Assembly (NCBI GenBank): GCA_965197475.1 | Contig: CBDANF010000003.1 | Coordinates: 3,904,001-3,968,000, forward strand | Reading direction: 5' to 3' | Origin: Candidatus Poribacteria bacterium | GTDB lineage: Bacteria > Poribacteria > WGA-4E > WGA-3G | Length of the DNA stretch: 64,000 nucleotides | Shown here: one piece after another, positions 21,149-31,661 of the stretch | Numbering within the stretch: position 1 is the stretch's first letter | How the letters are laid out: every line of letters starts with the position of its first letter | Program-made: the position numbers and the translations under genes | The notes under the pieces: model-generated | Told to the model about the DNA's origin: nothing | Databases searched by the model: none | The model's input: the letters and a program-made list of their open reading frames with translations, nothing else

Positions 21149-21177
21149 TTGACATTTTTCAGATGCAAATATATAAT
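21149..21177 (+). promoter_or_regulatory. Consensus sigma70 promoter
   Basis: TTGACA-17 bp-TATAAT. Confidence 0.7.
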
Positions 21178-21361
21178 ACTTTGTGGGTGAGACTGTCCAG
21201 GGAACTAAGCATTGAACATTAACGCAAATCCGGCACGAATAGGTGTCACAGTAGGAACAGACTTAGAATACACGACAATGAACCGCGCCATTGCTGATAG
21301 AGATCATGGAAGTGTAACTATGAGGCACAGAGGCATTTCAATTAAACTGCTTATACTTGTA

Positions 21362-21670
21362 ATACCATTTCTAAGAGATTATATTGCATTATTTCGTCCG
21401 TCGGGTAGAGTTTGCGATACCCTTATGCGTCGATTTTAGTGTTATGCGGTGGAAAAAATGGACACCTGTCGCCCCTCTGGGGCTTGGTAAACACAGACAT
21501 CAGCTTCTATACACCTATCGCCTCTCCGAGGCTATAATCAATCGTATCTCAGCACCAGCGGTGCGGAAGGTGTATAGAAAAGTATACCACAAGAAACCAA
21601 GCACCAGCGGTGCGAAAGGTGTATGGTATAAAACAAGCTATTATGATATTTTGTCAATTAGATATGGTAT
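21362..21670. repeat. MITE-like element with REP cargo
   Basis: TIRs ATACCATTTCTAA / TTAGATATGGTAT; inside CGCCCCTCTGGGGCT and two GCACCAGCGGTGCG (same units as 11446-11661). Confidence 0.75.
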
Positions 21671-21827
21671 AAGTTGATTCAGCGATATTGTTCGACGTTT
21701 TCATGGTCTCAACGATCCGTTCCAACCAACTGATAAGGATTTCCTGAAAGCGAAAAAGCATTGACTATCTGGTGAGCCAGCGAATAAACTGGCGACGACA
21801 TGGGCATCTATTAAGAATCGCTTCTAA
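21671..21827 (+). pseudogene. C-terminal remnant of a secreted protein with the KLxTxW motif
   Basis: ...DKDFLKAKKH*LSGEPANKLATTWASIKNRF*. Confidence 0.55.
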
Positions 21828-21930
21828 CATATTTCATGGTAGATAGGTGATGGTTTTCAGCAACAGGCAGAGTTGTACTTCTAAAGCCGTATTTTAAGAG
21901 GTCTACAACTCTGTCCACTTCAATCATTTC

Positions 21931-23268
21931 ATGTTGAACAATGATTCCCAACCTCAAACCTCCCTCTTCAAGCACGTCCTGCTTATTACACTCCTCAGCC
22001 TTATAGGACGTGTTGGCACATTTTTTCTCATCGACGTTGCCCTCGGTAATTGGTTCGGCGATACTGCGGAGATGGATTTTATCTACTACTATTGGGGCAT
22101 CGCTGCATTTCTTATTGAGTTGCTTAGTGCTGCTTCTGCTTACTCTGTCCTCGTTCCTTTGTTAGCGGAAGCGCGTGCGAAAGGCGAAATAGAGGCACAA
22201 CGTTGTGTCCAATCCATTCTTTCGCGTTATATGATGTTAATGCCGTGGCTATGCTGTCTATTAGCCTCTATTTCATGGGGAATCTCGCAACTTTTTTTTT
22301 CAAACGCGGGACTTACGGTTTCTACTGCTATCGGCATTGTTTGTGGATTCCTCTGCTTCACAATTATCGCATCTGTCCGCTGGATGCTCAAGGCGATTTT
22401 AGACACCTACCAAGCATTTCATCTACCCGTGATTGTGCAGGGGTTACGCGCTGTCCTTGTGATAGGAACTATATTTTTATGTAAACCGTATATGAGTTGG
22501 TTTAGCATTCCGCTTGCCTTAATCATCGGTGAACTGTTTCAAGCAATAATTCTATTTCAACGATGTGGTGTTATCCTTAAACTTCCGTTGCGCGATTTTT
22601 TTAGTCTGAAACGCAACACTTCAGATGCAACGGATGTTCCATACCCCAAACTATTTCTGCGACAATGCCTCCTGATGATGGGTGCCGCTATATCAGACGG
22701 ATTAAATCCTGTTGTTGACAGAGGCATGGCAAGCACACTCGGAGCGAGTTCAGTCTCAAAACTTTACTATGCACTCCGTTTGTGTGCTATTCCTGAAACG
22801 CTGACAGGCGTGACGCTTCCCGTTCTACTTTCACATTGGGCAAAGATATCCTCATCAGAAAATGTAAAGCAGCTGCAGCAAAGTGTATGGAGAGGTGTTT
22901 TGATGGTGATCGTTCTGATGGTGCCGTTTCTACTCGGTTTTTATGTTTTCCGGTCAGATATTGTGTCACTATTATATGGGCATGGGAAATTGTCTGTAGA
23001 GGGACAAAGTCATATTGCTTCCCTGCTTGGTATTTACCTAATCGGAACGCTTCCGAGACTAATTAGCAGATTGCTTGTCCGTGCGCATCTCGCACGTCAA
23101 GACCATTTGACAGTTGTCACAGCAACGCTTATCAGACTTATCCTGAATCCGGTTCTCAATTGGATTTTCATGCAGTATTGGGGATTAGAAGGGATTGCTT
23201 GGTCAACAGCGTTGCTCTCTTATCCGATTCTTGCTTATATTGCGATTGAATTCTGGCGCAAAAGCTAA
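21931..23268 (+). CDS. MurJ/MviN-like (MOP superfamily) flippase
   Basis: Many TMs, VVDRGMASTLG...SKLYYALRL, WGLEGIAWST. Confidence 0.8.
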   Translation: MLNNDSQPQTSLFKHVLLITLLSLIGRVGTFFLIDVALGNWFGDTAEMDFIYYYWGIAAFLIELLSAASAYSVLVPLLAEARAKGEIEAQRCVQSILSRYMMLMPWLCCLLASISWGISQLFFSNAGLTVSTAIGIVCGFLCFTIIASVRWMLKAILDTYQAFHLPVIVQGLRAVLVIGTIFLCKPYMSWFSIPLALIIGELFQAIILFQRCGVILKLPLRDFFSLKRNTSDATDVPYPKLFLRQCLLMMGAAISDGLNPVVDRGMASTLGASSVSKLYYALRLCAIPETLTGVTLPVLLSHWAKISSSENVKQLQQSVWRGVLMVIVLMVPFLLGFYVFRSDIVSLLYGHGKLSVEGQSHIASLLGIYLIGTLPRLISRLLVRAHLARQDHLTVVTATLIRLILNPVLNWIFMQYWGLEGIAWSTALLSYPILAYIAIEFWRKS

Positions 23269-23981
23269 ACCTTTAAAAAACACTCTGGGTGATTAGACGT
23301 GATACCCTGCACGCCGAAAGCGCACATTTGACGTATACGTTCGATATCATCCACTGTCCAACTCCATAGTGTTATACCACGTCGGCGGACTTCGTAAGCG
23401 AATTCAGCGGTTATCAGTTGGTGATTGACGTTAAGCAGACTGCTTCCGAGTGAACCGAGTTGCTGGCACAACTGGATAGGGTGTGTGTGTTCGTTGCTAC
23501 TCCCGATAAGCCAGCCTGTTGGGATTCGTGGTTCTAAGGAGCGAACAGTTTGTAAAACGGCGGAATGGAAGGAGATAACAACGGTCAGTTCAAGCACGTT
23601 CATCTCTCGGATTTTTTCTACAACTGCTTCAGTGATCAAAGAATCCTTAATCTCCAAAACCGCAATTGCTTTGTCTGTGATACATTCTAATGCTTCTGCA
23701 AGTGTCGGTACCGGTTCACCTGCAAACTGTTCATCAAACCATGCCCCCGCATCTGCCTGCTTGATAGTTTCTAAGGTTGTTTGTTTTATTGGACCGTGCA
23801 TGTCTGTTGTTCTATCCAAGGAAGGATCGTGTATCACAACAATTTCACCGTCGGCGGTGCCGTGCAGGTCAAATTCAACGGCATCCACGCCGATCTCAAT
23901 CGCTTTCTTGAATGCCGCAAGCGTATTTTCTGGCGCACTCCCCGATGCCCCTCGATGTGCAATACGAATGCACGCATCCAT
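23265..23981 (-). CDS. Glycerophosphodiester phosphodiesterase
   Basis: IAHRGASGSAPENTLAAF, VEFDLH, WTVD, GITSN. Confidence 0.93.
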   Translation of the reverse strand: MDACIRIAHRGASGSAPENTLAAFKKAIEIGVDAVEFDLHGTADGEIVVIHDPSLDRTTDMHGPIKQTTLETIKQADAGAWFDEQFAGEPVPTLAEALECITDKAIAVLEIKDSLITEAVVEKIREMNVLELTVVISFHSAVLQTVRSLEPRIPTGWLIGSSNEHTHPIQLCQQLGSLGSSLLNVNHQLITAEFAYEVRRRGITLWSWTVDDIERIRQMCAFGVQGITSNHPECFLKV

Positions 23982-23997
23982 AATGTCCTGTTTTCTA

Positions 23998-25425
23998 TTA
24001 TATGTTGTCACGATGCTTGTTTATCTTTTTTCTGAGAGTCGTGCGGCTGATGCCGAGTAATTCGGCAGTTTTGCTATGATTATCCGAGCATTCATCTAAT
24101 GCAAGTTCAATAAGCGTTTCTTCCAACAGTGCTACAATATCATTGAAAAATCGCGGTCTGCCTTCGGCAATAGCTGCTTTCGTCATGTCTTGTAAAATAG
24201 ATTTTAATGAGGTTTCCAGATGTGAAATGTTAGAGGTATCAGTGCTGCGACCTGAGTGTATTTCCGAGGGTAGGTCATCTGGCAGAATTACATCTGATCG
24301 AGAAAGTGCAGCTGCGCTTCTGAGGCAGTTTTCCAATTCTCGAACATTACCCGGCCAAGTATAATTTTGTATCAGTTCCATGCCTTCTTCTGAGATACCA
24401 CGGATCGGTTTGCCGAGTTCAGTTTGGATGAGTTGTAAGAAATGCGTGACAAGCAGCGGAATATCTTCCTGTCGTTCCCGCAAAGGGGGAAGATGGATTG
24501 AGATACGTTTGAAACGGTAGTAGATATCCGTGCGGAACTGCCCAAGTTCAACCATCTGTCCAAGTTCCCGATTCGTAGCGGCGATGACACGGACATCTAC
24601 TTTAAGGGTTTGCGTTCCACCTAACCTTTCAATTTCTTGTGTTTGTAATGTCCGTAGCAATTTGACCTGCAATGCGGGGCTCATGTTAGCGACTTCATCA
24701 AGAAAAAGCGTACCGCCATCTGCTAATTCAAATCGCCCGGGTTTTCCCTCTGCTTTAGCATCGGTGAAGGCACCTGCTTCGTAGCCGAACAATTCACTCT
24801 CTAACAGTCCATCGGGAAGCGCGCCACAATCAACTGGAATAAACGGTTCATCTTTGCGTTCACTTCCTGCGTGAATTGCGCGTGCGACGAGGTCTTTTCC
24901 TGTGCCTGTTTCACCTTCAATTAGCACTGTTGTAGTGTTGCTCGCCATCACGCCGATGAGTTTGTAAATTTCTCGCATCTGCTCGCTTTTTCCAACGAGT
25001 TGATGCCCGCGTTGCTCCATTGGAGAATCGCGATCAGTTTCCGTTGGCAAAGTGCTTCGAACGGATTGCGTTCGGAAGGCGCGCTCAAGCACGCTTCTCA
25101 CGACATCTAAATCGATCGGTTTAGGGACAAAATCGAAGGCGTGTAAACGCATTGCCTCTATTGTTGTATCCACATCGTCATAAGCAGTAATTATAACGAC
25201 AATTACCCACGGGTGGTGCGTCTTAATTTCTTCCAATGCCTCCAAGCCGCTCATCCCCGGTAATTTGACATCAAGCAAAACCACGTCCGGCTTGTCTGAT
25301 GCAATGCGCCGTAAACCCTCCTCAGCACTGTTCGCGATGCTGGCGTTATAACCTTCACCTTCCAGAAACTGCTTAAATGCCCAACAGATCTTCTCGTCGT
25401 CGTCAATTACCAATACATTTTTCAT
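23998..25425 (-). CDS. Sigma54-dependent response regulator (NtrC family)
   Basis: REC, GETGTGKD, GAFTDA, WPGNVRELEN, HTH. Confidence 0.95.
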   Translation of the reverse strand: MKNVLVIDDDEKICWAFKQFLEGEGYNASIANSAEEGLRRIASDKPDVVLLDVKLPGMSGLEALEEIKTHHPWVIVVIITAYDDVDTTIEAMRLHAFDFVPKPIDLDVVRSVLERAFRTQSVRSTLPTETDRDSPMEQRGHQLVGKSEQMREIYKLIGVMASNTTTVLIEGETGTGKDLVARAIHAGSERKDEPFIPVDCGALPDGLLESELFGYEAGAFTDAKAEGKPGRFELADGGTLFLDEVANMSPALQVKLLRTLQTQEIERLGGTQTLKVDVRVIAATNRELGQMVELGQFRTDIYYRFKRISIHLPPLRERQEDIPLLVTHFLQLIQTELGKPIRGISEEGMELIQNYTWPGNVRELENCLRSAAALSRSDVILPDDLPSEIHSGRSTDTSNISHLETSLKSILQDMTKAAIAEGRPRFFNDIVALLEETLIELALDECSDNHSKTAELLGISRTTLRKKINKHRDNI

Positions 25426-25451
25426 GATAATCCATCACTCGTTTGGCATCC

Positions 25452-26759
25452 TCACGCCTTTTGTCGATTTCCACCCTCTATTGAAAGCAGAAATTTTTTC
25501 CCATCATCACTCATCTCAGGTTCATCTGCTTCCGATGCTTTTACCTCAAGTTTTTTCTTGAGTACAGGGTAAGAATCTACTATTGGAGTTTCACTCAGAG
25601 ATGTCAAAGCAGGTTTACATGCTTCAGCTGCTGTGATTGTATCCGCGAGCCGCTCATTTTTTCGCTTGTTGTGTGCTGCATCCCGTGCTTTGAAATCCGG
25701 TATAACTTGTTCCGCAAATAGTTCTAACGATTCGCATATATCTTCGTGTCGGTTCATTCCAGCTTGCTGAATGAAAACGACCTGATCAACCCCCGCGTTC
25801 TCCATTATCTCTAAATGTTCACGTACTTGGTCAGGAGTTCCAATTCCCGCACGTGCTTCAGCGGGGTCTTGCTTTAAATGTCTATACAGTTTCCAAATAT
25901 CCGTTTCTCCCGGAATTTGTGATCCATTATAATAGTAGTGCGCAAGGGCAAATCGGAAGAAACGTAATCCATCTAAACCGCGGGCGAGGGCAATATCCTC
26001 GTTGGTATGGCAGGAAAAACCGGACACCATCGCAATGTTCGGGTTTACCCTTTGTGTCAGAGGTGTGCATTCGTTTTCAAAGATTTCATAATATTCCTCA
26101 ACCCAGAATTTAGCTTCGTTTGCATCAACAAAGGCAAAGGTTAGCGCGCCTAATCCATGTCTGGCGGCGTATCGGAGACTCTCTCTGCTGGAGCAGGCTA
26201 TCCATGGTCGCGGGTGTGGTGTTTGCAAAGGTTTCGGGACAACGTTGCGAGGCGGCATTGAAAAATGCTTTCCGTCATAACCCGCATAAGGTGCCTGCGT
26301 CATCATTTTAGCAGTTTCGCGTGTACATTCCTCCCACATCTCTCGCTTACATTTTGGGTCAATGTTGAATCCACCGAGTTCCATGTGTGATGCCGATTCG
26401 CCTGTTCCCCATTCTACACGTCCGTTTGACACCAGGTCAAGCGTAGCAATACGTTCGGCTACACGTGCAGGGTGATTATATGCTGGTGGCATCAGGACAA
26501 TTCCATGCCCAAGCCGAATCTGCTTTGTGCGCTGGCTACATGCTGCGAGAAATACCTCTGGTGCAGAAGAATGTGAATACTCTTCAAGGAAGTGGTGTTC
26601 TACCTCCCAAATATAGTCAAATCCAAGTTTGTCAGCCAATTCTACTTGGTCTAAAGCATCTTGGAAAAGTTTGTGTTCTGCCCCTTCTTCCCATGGGCGT
26701 GGGATTTGGTGTTCATAAAACAACCCGAATTTCATGCGTTTATGTTGTTCCTTTCTCAC
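25452..26759 (-). CDS. LLM class flavin-dependent oxidoreductase
   Basis: MKFGLFYE, VEHHFLEEYSHSSAPE, NHPARVAERIATLD; start may be 26735. Confidence 0.92.
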   Translation of the reverse strand: MRKEQHKRMKFGLFYEHQIPRPWEEGAEHKLFQDALDQVELADKLGFDYIWEVEHHFLEEYSHSSAPEVFLAACSQRTKQIRLGHGIVLMPPAYNHPARVAERIATLDLVSNGRVEWGTGESASHMELGGFNIDPKCKREMWEECTRETAKMMTQAPYAGYDGKHFSMPPRNVVPKPLQTPHPRPWIACSSRESLRYAARHGLGALTFAFVDANEAKFWVEEYYEIFENECTPLTQRVNPNIAMVSGFSCHTNEDIALARGLDGLRFFRFALAHYYYNGSQIPGETDIWKLYRHLKQDPAEARAGIGTPDQVREHLEIMENAGVDQVVFIQQAGMNRHEDICESLELFAEQVIPDFKARDAAHNKRKNERLADTITAAEACKPALTSLSETPIVDSYPVLKKKLEVKASEADEPEMSDDGKKFLLSIEGGNRQKA

Positions 26760-26793
26760 AGTTTAGTCCGAAGTTACAGCACATAATGTGTAT

Positions 26794-27573
26794 CTACTCC
26801 TTTTCGAGTGTCTGCATTTCCGCTTCTGTTAACTGCCATTCAAAGATGTCTAAATTCTCACGTAGATGTGGCTCCGAACCAGATTTAGGAATTGTAATAA
26901 TTCCTTTCTGTATCAGCCAACGTAATGCGACTTGTGCTGCAGTCTTTCCGTGTCTGTTTCCGATTTTTGTTAGTTCCGTGTCTCCCGCAAGGTTTCCCAC
27001 GGCGAGCGGTCGGTGAGCGGTGATAGGAATGTTGCGTGTTGCGCAATAATCTCGCAACTCTTCCTTGTTGTTCCGGACATGATATTCAACCTGATTTGTG
27101 CAAATTGGAAGTTCAGATATCTCACACGCCCGTTTCACTTGTGCGATGCTAAAATTGCTGATGCCGATGCTTTTCACTTTGCCTGCATCGTATATTTCTT
27201 GGAAGGCAGCAAAAGTTTCCTCAAACGGCACAGCGTCACTTGGCCAATGGATTAGTAGCAGGTCAACATAGTCCACCTGTAAATCACTTTGACATATATC
27301 AAATTGCGCGAGCACATCGGCCTGTTTAAGATGGGTGTGCCAAATTTTAGAGGTGACAAAGAGTTGCTCACGTTCAACGCGAATATCTTGCAGTGCTTTC
27401 CCAATTGACCGCTGGTTTTCATACATCCACGCTGTATCAATATGGGTATATCCCAATTCAATTGCTTTTTTGATAATTCGCTCGCACTGCTTACCTTTTA
27501 GTCGCCAGGTTCCTAAGCCTAACATCGGTATTTCGTGTCCTGATGCAAGTTTAATATTTTTCATAGGTTTCAA
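26794..27573 (-). CDS. Aldo/keto reductase
   Basis: LGLGTW, IDTAWMY, LLIHWP, IGISNF, AQVALRW, IPKS. Confidence 0.94.
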   Translation of the reverse strand: MKPMKNIKLASGHEIPMLGLGTWRLKGKQCERIIKKAIELGYTHIDTAWMYENQRSIGKALQDIRVEREQLFVTSKIWHTHLKQADVLAQFDICQSDLQVDYVDLLLIHWPSDAVPFEETFAAFQEIYDAGKVKSIGISNFSIAQVKRACEISELPICTNQVEYHVRNNKEELRDYCATRNIPITAHRPLAVGNLAGDTELTKIGNRHGKTAAQVALRWLIQKGIITIPKSGSEPHLRENLDIFEWQLTEAEMQTLEKE

Positions 27574-28095
27574 GATAGGTTTTCAAGTATACCCAAACAC
27601 TCCTTTTTATTGCATGATAGCCAATTCTGGAAAAAAGTCAAGAGAAATATGGTGTGTGGGCCTGTAAAGTTTAAGGGTATTGCCTAACTAATGGTATTCG
27701 GTTGTGGTTTTCCTTCGAGATTTAAGATGTCAAACACATTGCCATTGGTAGGCGCGCCTCTTACTCTTGCGTAGAGAACTTGTGTAACAAAAACTTTACA
27801 CGCCCTTGTTGATGTGTCCATATTTGATGGAGTGTGTTGCTTGACGGCTCGGGTAGTTCATAGGGATGCCTTTGATAGGTTGGTTGTTTCTCAGATACAA
27901 AGGGGCAACGCTTATCAGAAGAAGTCAAGAAAAAAATCGTCAAATATTTTTTTCTTGACTTCTTTGACCAAATATGTTATTATTTTTCCAATTGATGCCG
28001 AATTTTTGCGCGGTTAAAAAGGGGACCGCTAATTCTTGTACCATTATTTTAGTCAAAACTCTCCGCAGGAAACCACCAATAAAGGGGAAACGGAT

Positions 28096-28485
28096 ATGAT
28101 GGAATTTGTAAAAGACTATTGGAAATCTTCTCTACTCGGTGCGCTTGGGGCACTCGTGTTACTCTATATCGGACTTTTTATTTACGATGGACTGACCCCG
28201 AGCACAACACGAGAAGTAGAAGATGCAAACACCCACAACACTGCAAAACCACCTCCACCCGGTGCAGCACATGGCGGACACTGGCACGGAGATGAATGGC
28301 ACGACGCACCGCATATCCCGCCGCCAAAGATCAAACGCGTGCGTACCAAGACAAATACCCGCCAAAACCGTGCACTGAAGAACATTGGACCCATCCTCCC
28401 CATCACATGTGCTATTCCAGCACCACCACCTCTCCCAGCAGATATCCAGACGCGCCTTAACCAGATATATAAAAAAACGCAATAA
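28096..28485 (+). pseudogene. Membrane-anchored protein with GGHWHGDEWH motif, apparently truncated by an IS
   Basis: RBS plus ATG at 28096, N-terminal TM, HGGHWHGDEWHDAPH; the stop codon lies inside the IS left TIR. Confidence 0.6.
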
Positions 28486-29616
28486 GTCGTTTTGGACTTG
28501 GAAGTTTTTATTTTTCAGATTTCTCACGTTATACTTTCGGTGAGAAACTTCTCAAAGATGTTGGTTTCTCGGTAGTTATATTTATAGCCTGCCTCTGCGA
28601 GATACAGGGGCGTGTATCTTGTTGAGTAGTGGTGTTGTTGTCCATACCATGCCCTCTTGACGAAAGACCAAAAGCCTTCCATCGTATTGGTATGGATGTC
28701 GCCAGCCTCCCATTTCTCACTACGGTTAAGTGTCTCATGTTTCATTTCCTTACCGATTTCGTTGTAGCCTCTATACTGATCGGTAATGAGTTCAGAATCT
28801 TCGGTATTGACGAATCTGTTGATGAAGTCGGAGATCGTCTCACCAGTGGCGTTGGATACGAGTTGTGCGATGACGTGTCCACCACGTGCGACTGCGCCCA
28901 GCACGGCATCTTTAGCGGTGCCGCGTCCGCGTTTACGGGGTTCACCATCCTCCCGGTCATAGTCTTTGCGACGCTTACCACCGATATAGGTTTCATCTGC
29001 TTCAATGACCCCTTGTAGTAGGACATTATCCTTTCCCATCTCTGTGCGTATAGCCATCATTAGACACCAAGCAGCTTTCTGTTTCATCCCTAAATCGCGC
29101 GCAAGTTGATGGGAGGACAAACTTTTCTTTGCGTTTGCCATGAGAGCGATAGCGAGAAACCACTTTTGGAGCGGTATCTTCGTGCCGTGAAATATTGTGC
29201 CGTGTGTCACCTTGAATGTAGCACGGCAATCGTGGCAGTTCCAGCGTCCGACACGCCCAACCTCGCGTTCGTTCCGCCTTCGGGCGTTTAGACTTGGACA
29301 ATGCGGGCATTCTGGCGATTCTTTCCATCGGAGCCGCTCCAGATATTCGATGCAATCCTCTTGCATTGAGAACGTCTTCATCACCTTGATTAAATCCATC
29401 AGAAAACACTCCTGTTTTTTGGAGTTGCATTTTTCTGATAGTTTCTGATACAATATCAGATAAGTGTGAACCAGAAAAGCAACTCGCTTTTTTGAGTTTC
29501 AAATAGGGGGTTGATACCCCCTATTTTCTTACTGATATTATACTATGAAAACCCTTTATTTACAAGGGTTTAGCGCACTTTTCCAACTTTTGTCAAGTCC
29601 AAAACGACTTATTCCG
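28478..29616 (-). mobile_element. IS1595-family insertion sequence (no matching target duplication)
   Basis: TIRs CGCAATAAGTCGTTTTGGACTTG / CAAGTCCAAAACGACTTATTCCG. Confidence 0.88.
28524..29399 (-). CDS. IS1595-family transposase
   Basis: Zn ribbon CPHC..CHDC, EADETYIGG, ITDQYRGY, HTNTMEGFWS. Confidence 0.93.
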   Translation of the reverse strand: MDLIKVMKTFSMQEDCIEYLERLRWKESPECPHCPSLNARRRNEREVGRVGRWNCHDCRATFKVTHGTIFHGTKIPLQKWFLAIALMANAKKSLSSHQLARDLGMKQKAAWCLMMAIRTEMGKDNVLLQGVIEADETYIGGKRRKDYDREDGEPRKRGRGTAKDAVLGAVARGGHVIAQLVSNATGETISDFINRFVNTEDSELITDQYRGYNEIGKEMKHETLNRSEKWEAGDIHTNTMEGFWSFVKRAWYGQQHHYSTRYTPLYLAEAGYKYNYRETNIFEKFLTESIT

Positions 29617-29803
29617 TTAGATAAAGTCCTTGCCTTTTATACAGATGGTGTCAATCAACGTGCCATACCATAAGAATAACAGAATCCCCTATGGGCGAGA
29701 TGCTATCATCCGATGCTGAGGCAAATTGATTACGAATAGTTTTGAAGGAGGTTCGTTTTATGAATATTTTAAAAAATTTAGCAACCCACAAATATTTCTT
29801 CTT

Positions 29804-30789
29804 CGCTCATGTCAAGAGTAAGTGCTTTTGACGAGTTTTGCTATAAAATCAACACTGACAGCTTTTAGATTCATGATGAACTCACAGATTGCGACGTAAC
29901 CGGCGAGGAACTTTTTATGAACGCCACGAAAGGGACGAAGGAAGTTTCGCAGCGTCGTCCAGACACCTTCAATCGTCCTTGTATGGATCTCGTAAAGACC
30001 ATCACCGTCTGCGTCTCTTGCCCACTCGCCATCCTTATGGAGAACAATCTCACGGGCGCGCTGAATACGGTTATAGCCACGCCAACCATCCGTATACACC
30101 GTTGAAGTCGGCAACGTCCACTGATGAACGTGTGTTGAAAGCGTCGCAGAATCGGTGTGCCGCACAACACGTAATCTCAGGAGACCGCTTTCGCGACCTT
30201 TCGTCCCAACAATAGGCGGACGATCATTGTCATAAGTCCCATGTTCCCTGCGTTTATTGCCACGCCGACGCGGCGGATCCGAAGCATCAACGTGCTTATC
30301 GCCTTTTTCACCGGCGTTTTGAAACATCTCATCTGTTTCGACTTCAGCATCAGGTAAAGCAGCTTCGGGTTGTATCTGCTCTGCCGAAGTTTGGAGTTTA
30401 CGTCTTATAGAAAGAACGGTTTGACGACTTAGACCCAGTTCACACCCGAGTTGTGCACTTGAAACACCTTGACAGACACCGCGCAAAAGCAGAACGACCT
30501 GTGAGGGACGAAACTGCGTGCCAGCAAAGACCGTCCCGGTATAGAGGTTGTAGATGCTCTCACAGTGTTTGCAGCGATACACTTGTAGACCACTTGTTTC
30601 AGTCGGACGGAACTTGCGTGCCTCCGCCACGCTCGCTTGGCATTTTGGGCAACACAGCCCTTGAAGGTGGAAATGATCCAACACCCACGCTTGAGTTTTT
30701 TCTTCATCCAGGAGAGATTGTATTGGAAAGTCCATAGGTAACACGCTAACATAACTTTGAAAAAATAGCACTTACTTTTTACATGAGCC
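29804..30789 (-). mobile_element. IS1595-family insertion sequence with 8-bp TSD TTCTTCTT
   Basis: TIRs CGCTCATGTCAAGAGTAAGTGC / GCACTTACTTTTTACATGAGCC; TSD at 29796-29803 and 30790-30797. Confidence 0.9.
29812..30735 (-). CDS. IS1595-family transposase
   Basis: CPKC..CKHC, ETDEMF, YTDGWRGY, IEGVWT; start taken at MDFPIQ. Confidence 0.9.
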   Translation of the reverse strand: MDFPIQSLLDEEKTQAWVLDHFHLQGLCCPKCQASVAEARKFRPTETSGLQVYRCKHCESIYNLYTGTVFAGTQFRPSQVVLLLRGVCQGVSSAQLGCELGLSRQTVLSIRRKLQTSAEQIQPEAALPDAEVETDEMFQNAGEKGDKHVDASDPPRRRGNKRREHGTYDNDRPPIVGTKGRESGLLRLRVVRHTDSATLSTHVHQWTLPTSTVYTDGWRGYNRIQRAREIVLHKDGEWARDADGDGLYEIHTRTIEGVWTTLRNFLRPFRGVHKKFLAGYVAICEFIMNLKAVSVDFIAKLVKSTYS

Positions 30790-31617
30790 TTCTTCTTTAT
30801 ACTGATATATGTCGTCATTTTTGCCTGGACTTCAAGTAGTTCTGGTGAGGTTTTATATTATGACGATTTTGAAGATGAGATAATTGATGCGAAATATGAG
30901 TTCAAAGACCATGTAGGTGAATGGGTAGAAGAGGGCGGCGTTATCAGTCAGACCCAGGAAACCCCTGGTGACCACACGTATCTCGTTCTGAATGGCGAAT
31001 TTGAGGAGCCGCATACTGGGTTGGTGATGATCCGCGTTGATAAGTGGGGAGATGGTGATCATGCGCGTTGTGGAATGGGATTTCGTCTTGATCCAGGCGA
31101 TGGCGCGGGTTACGCGTTTCTTATTCATGAGTTTCTGAATAATGTGGAATTCCTCAATGACCATCGTGCTTGGAAGGATAATGATGCTAATCCTCCGTTC
31201 GGTCCGATAGAAATCGGTACGTGGTACTGGATGAAGGCTGAAATATCAGACGCGGGTCTTACGGGCAAAATCTGGGAAGATGGCGAAGCAGAACCGGAAG
31301 ATTGGCTCCTTGAAAGCCCATTGGATTTTGGAGATCTTAGACCGAAGAGCGGTCAAGTGGGTCTAAACGGAGGGTCAAGCAAAGAACCACCCGAAAGTAC
31401 AATTGTATCTTTTGACAATTGGACAATTTGTAATACTGCTGATGAATGCACATTGAGTGCGATTATTGCTGTTCAAGCAGCTGGCAAACTTCCAACGGTT
31501 TGGGGTGCGCTCAAAGCGCGCTATTAAAGCTAACTTGTTGTCACAACTAAGGTTTGGGCAATATTGTAGCAGAAAAGAGGCGCGTAAATTGCGCGACTCC
31601 AAACGCGGATACGCTTA

Positions 31618-31661
31618 CAATCCTGGAAATCTGATAATCCTGTAAATCCTGGTTCAGACAA
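31618..31661. repeat. Short tandem 9-mer (AATCCTGNA-like) repeat ending in GGTTCAGA
   Basis: AATCCTGGAAATCTGATAATCCTGTAAATCCTGGTTCAGACA; similar unit at about 33485-33514. Confidence 0.6.

Larger units (their letters stand above)
29760..31527 (+). pseudogene. Secreted protein with C-terminal KLPTVWGALK motif, interrupted in its signal peptide by an IS1595
   Basis: RBS AAGGAGG plus ATG at 29760; excising the IS restores MNILKNLATHKYFFFILIYVVIFAWTSSSGEVLYYDDFED... in frame with ORF 31021-31527. Confidence 0.85.

Noticed and set aside
4700-24790. GAFTDA instead of GAFTGA in both sigma54 activators
   Set aside because: A common natural variant; not evidence of novelty by itself
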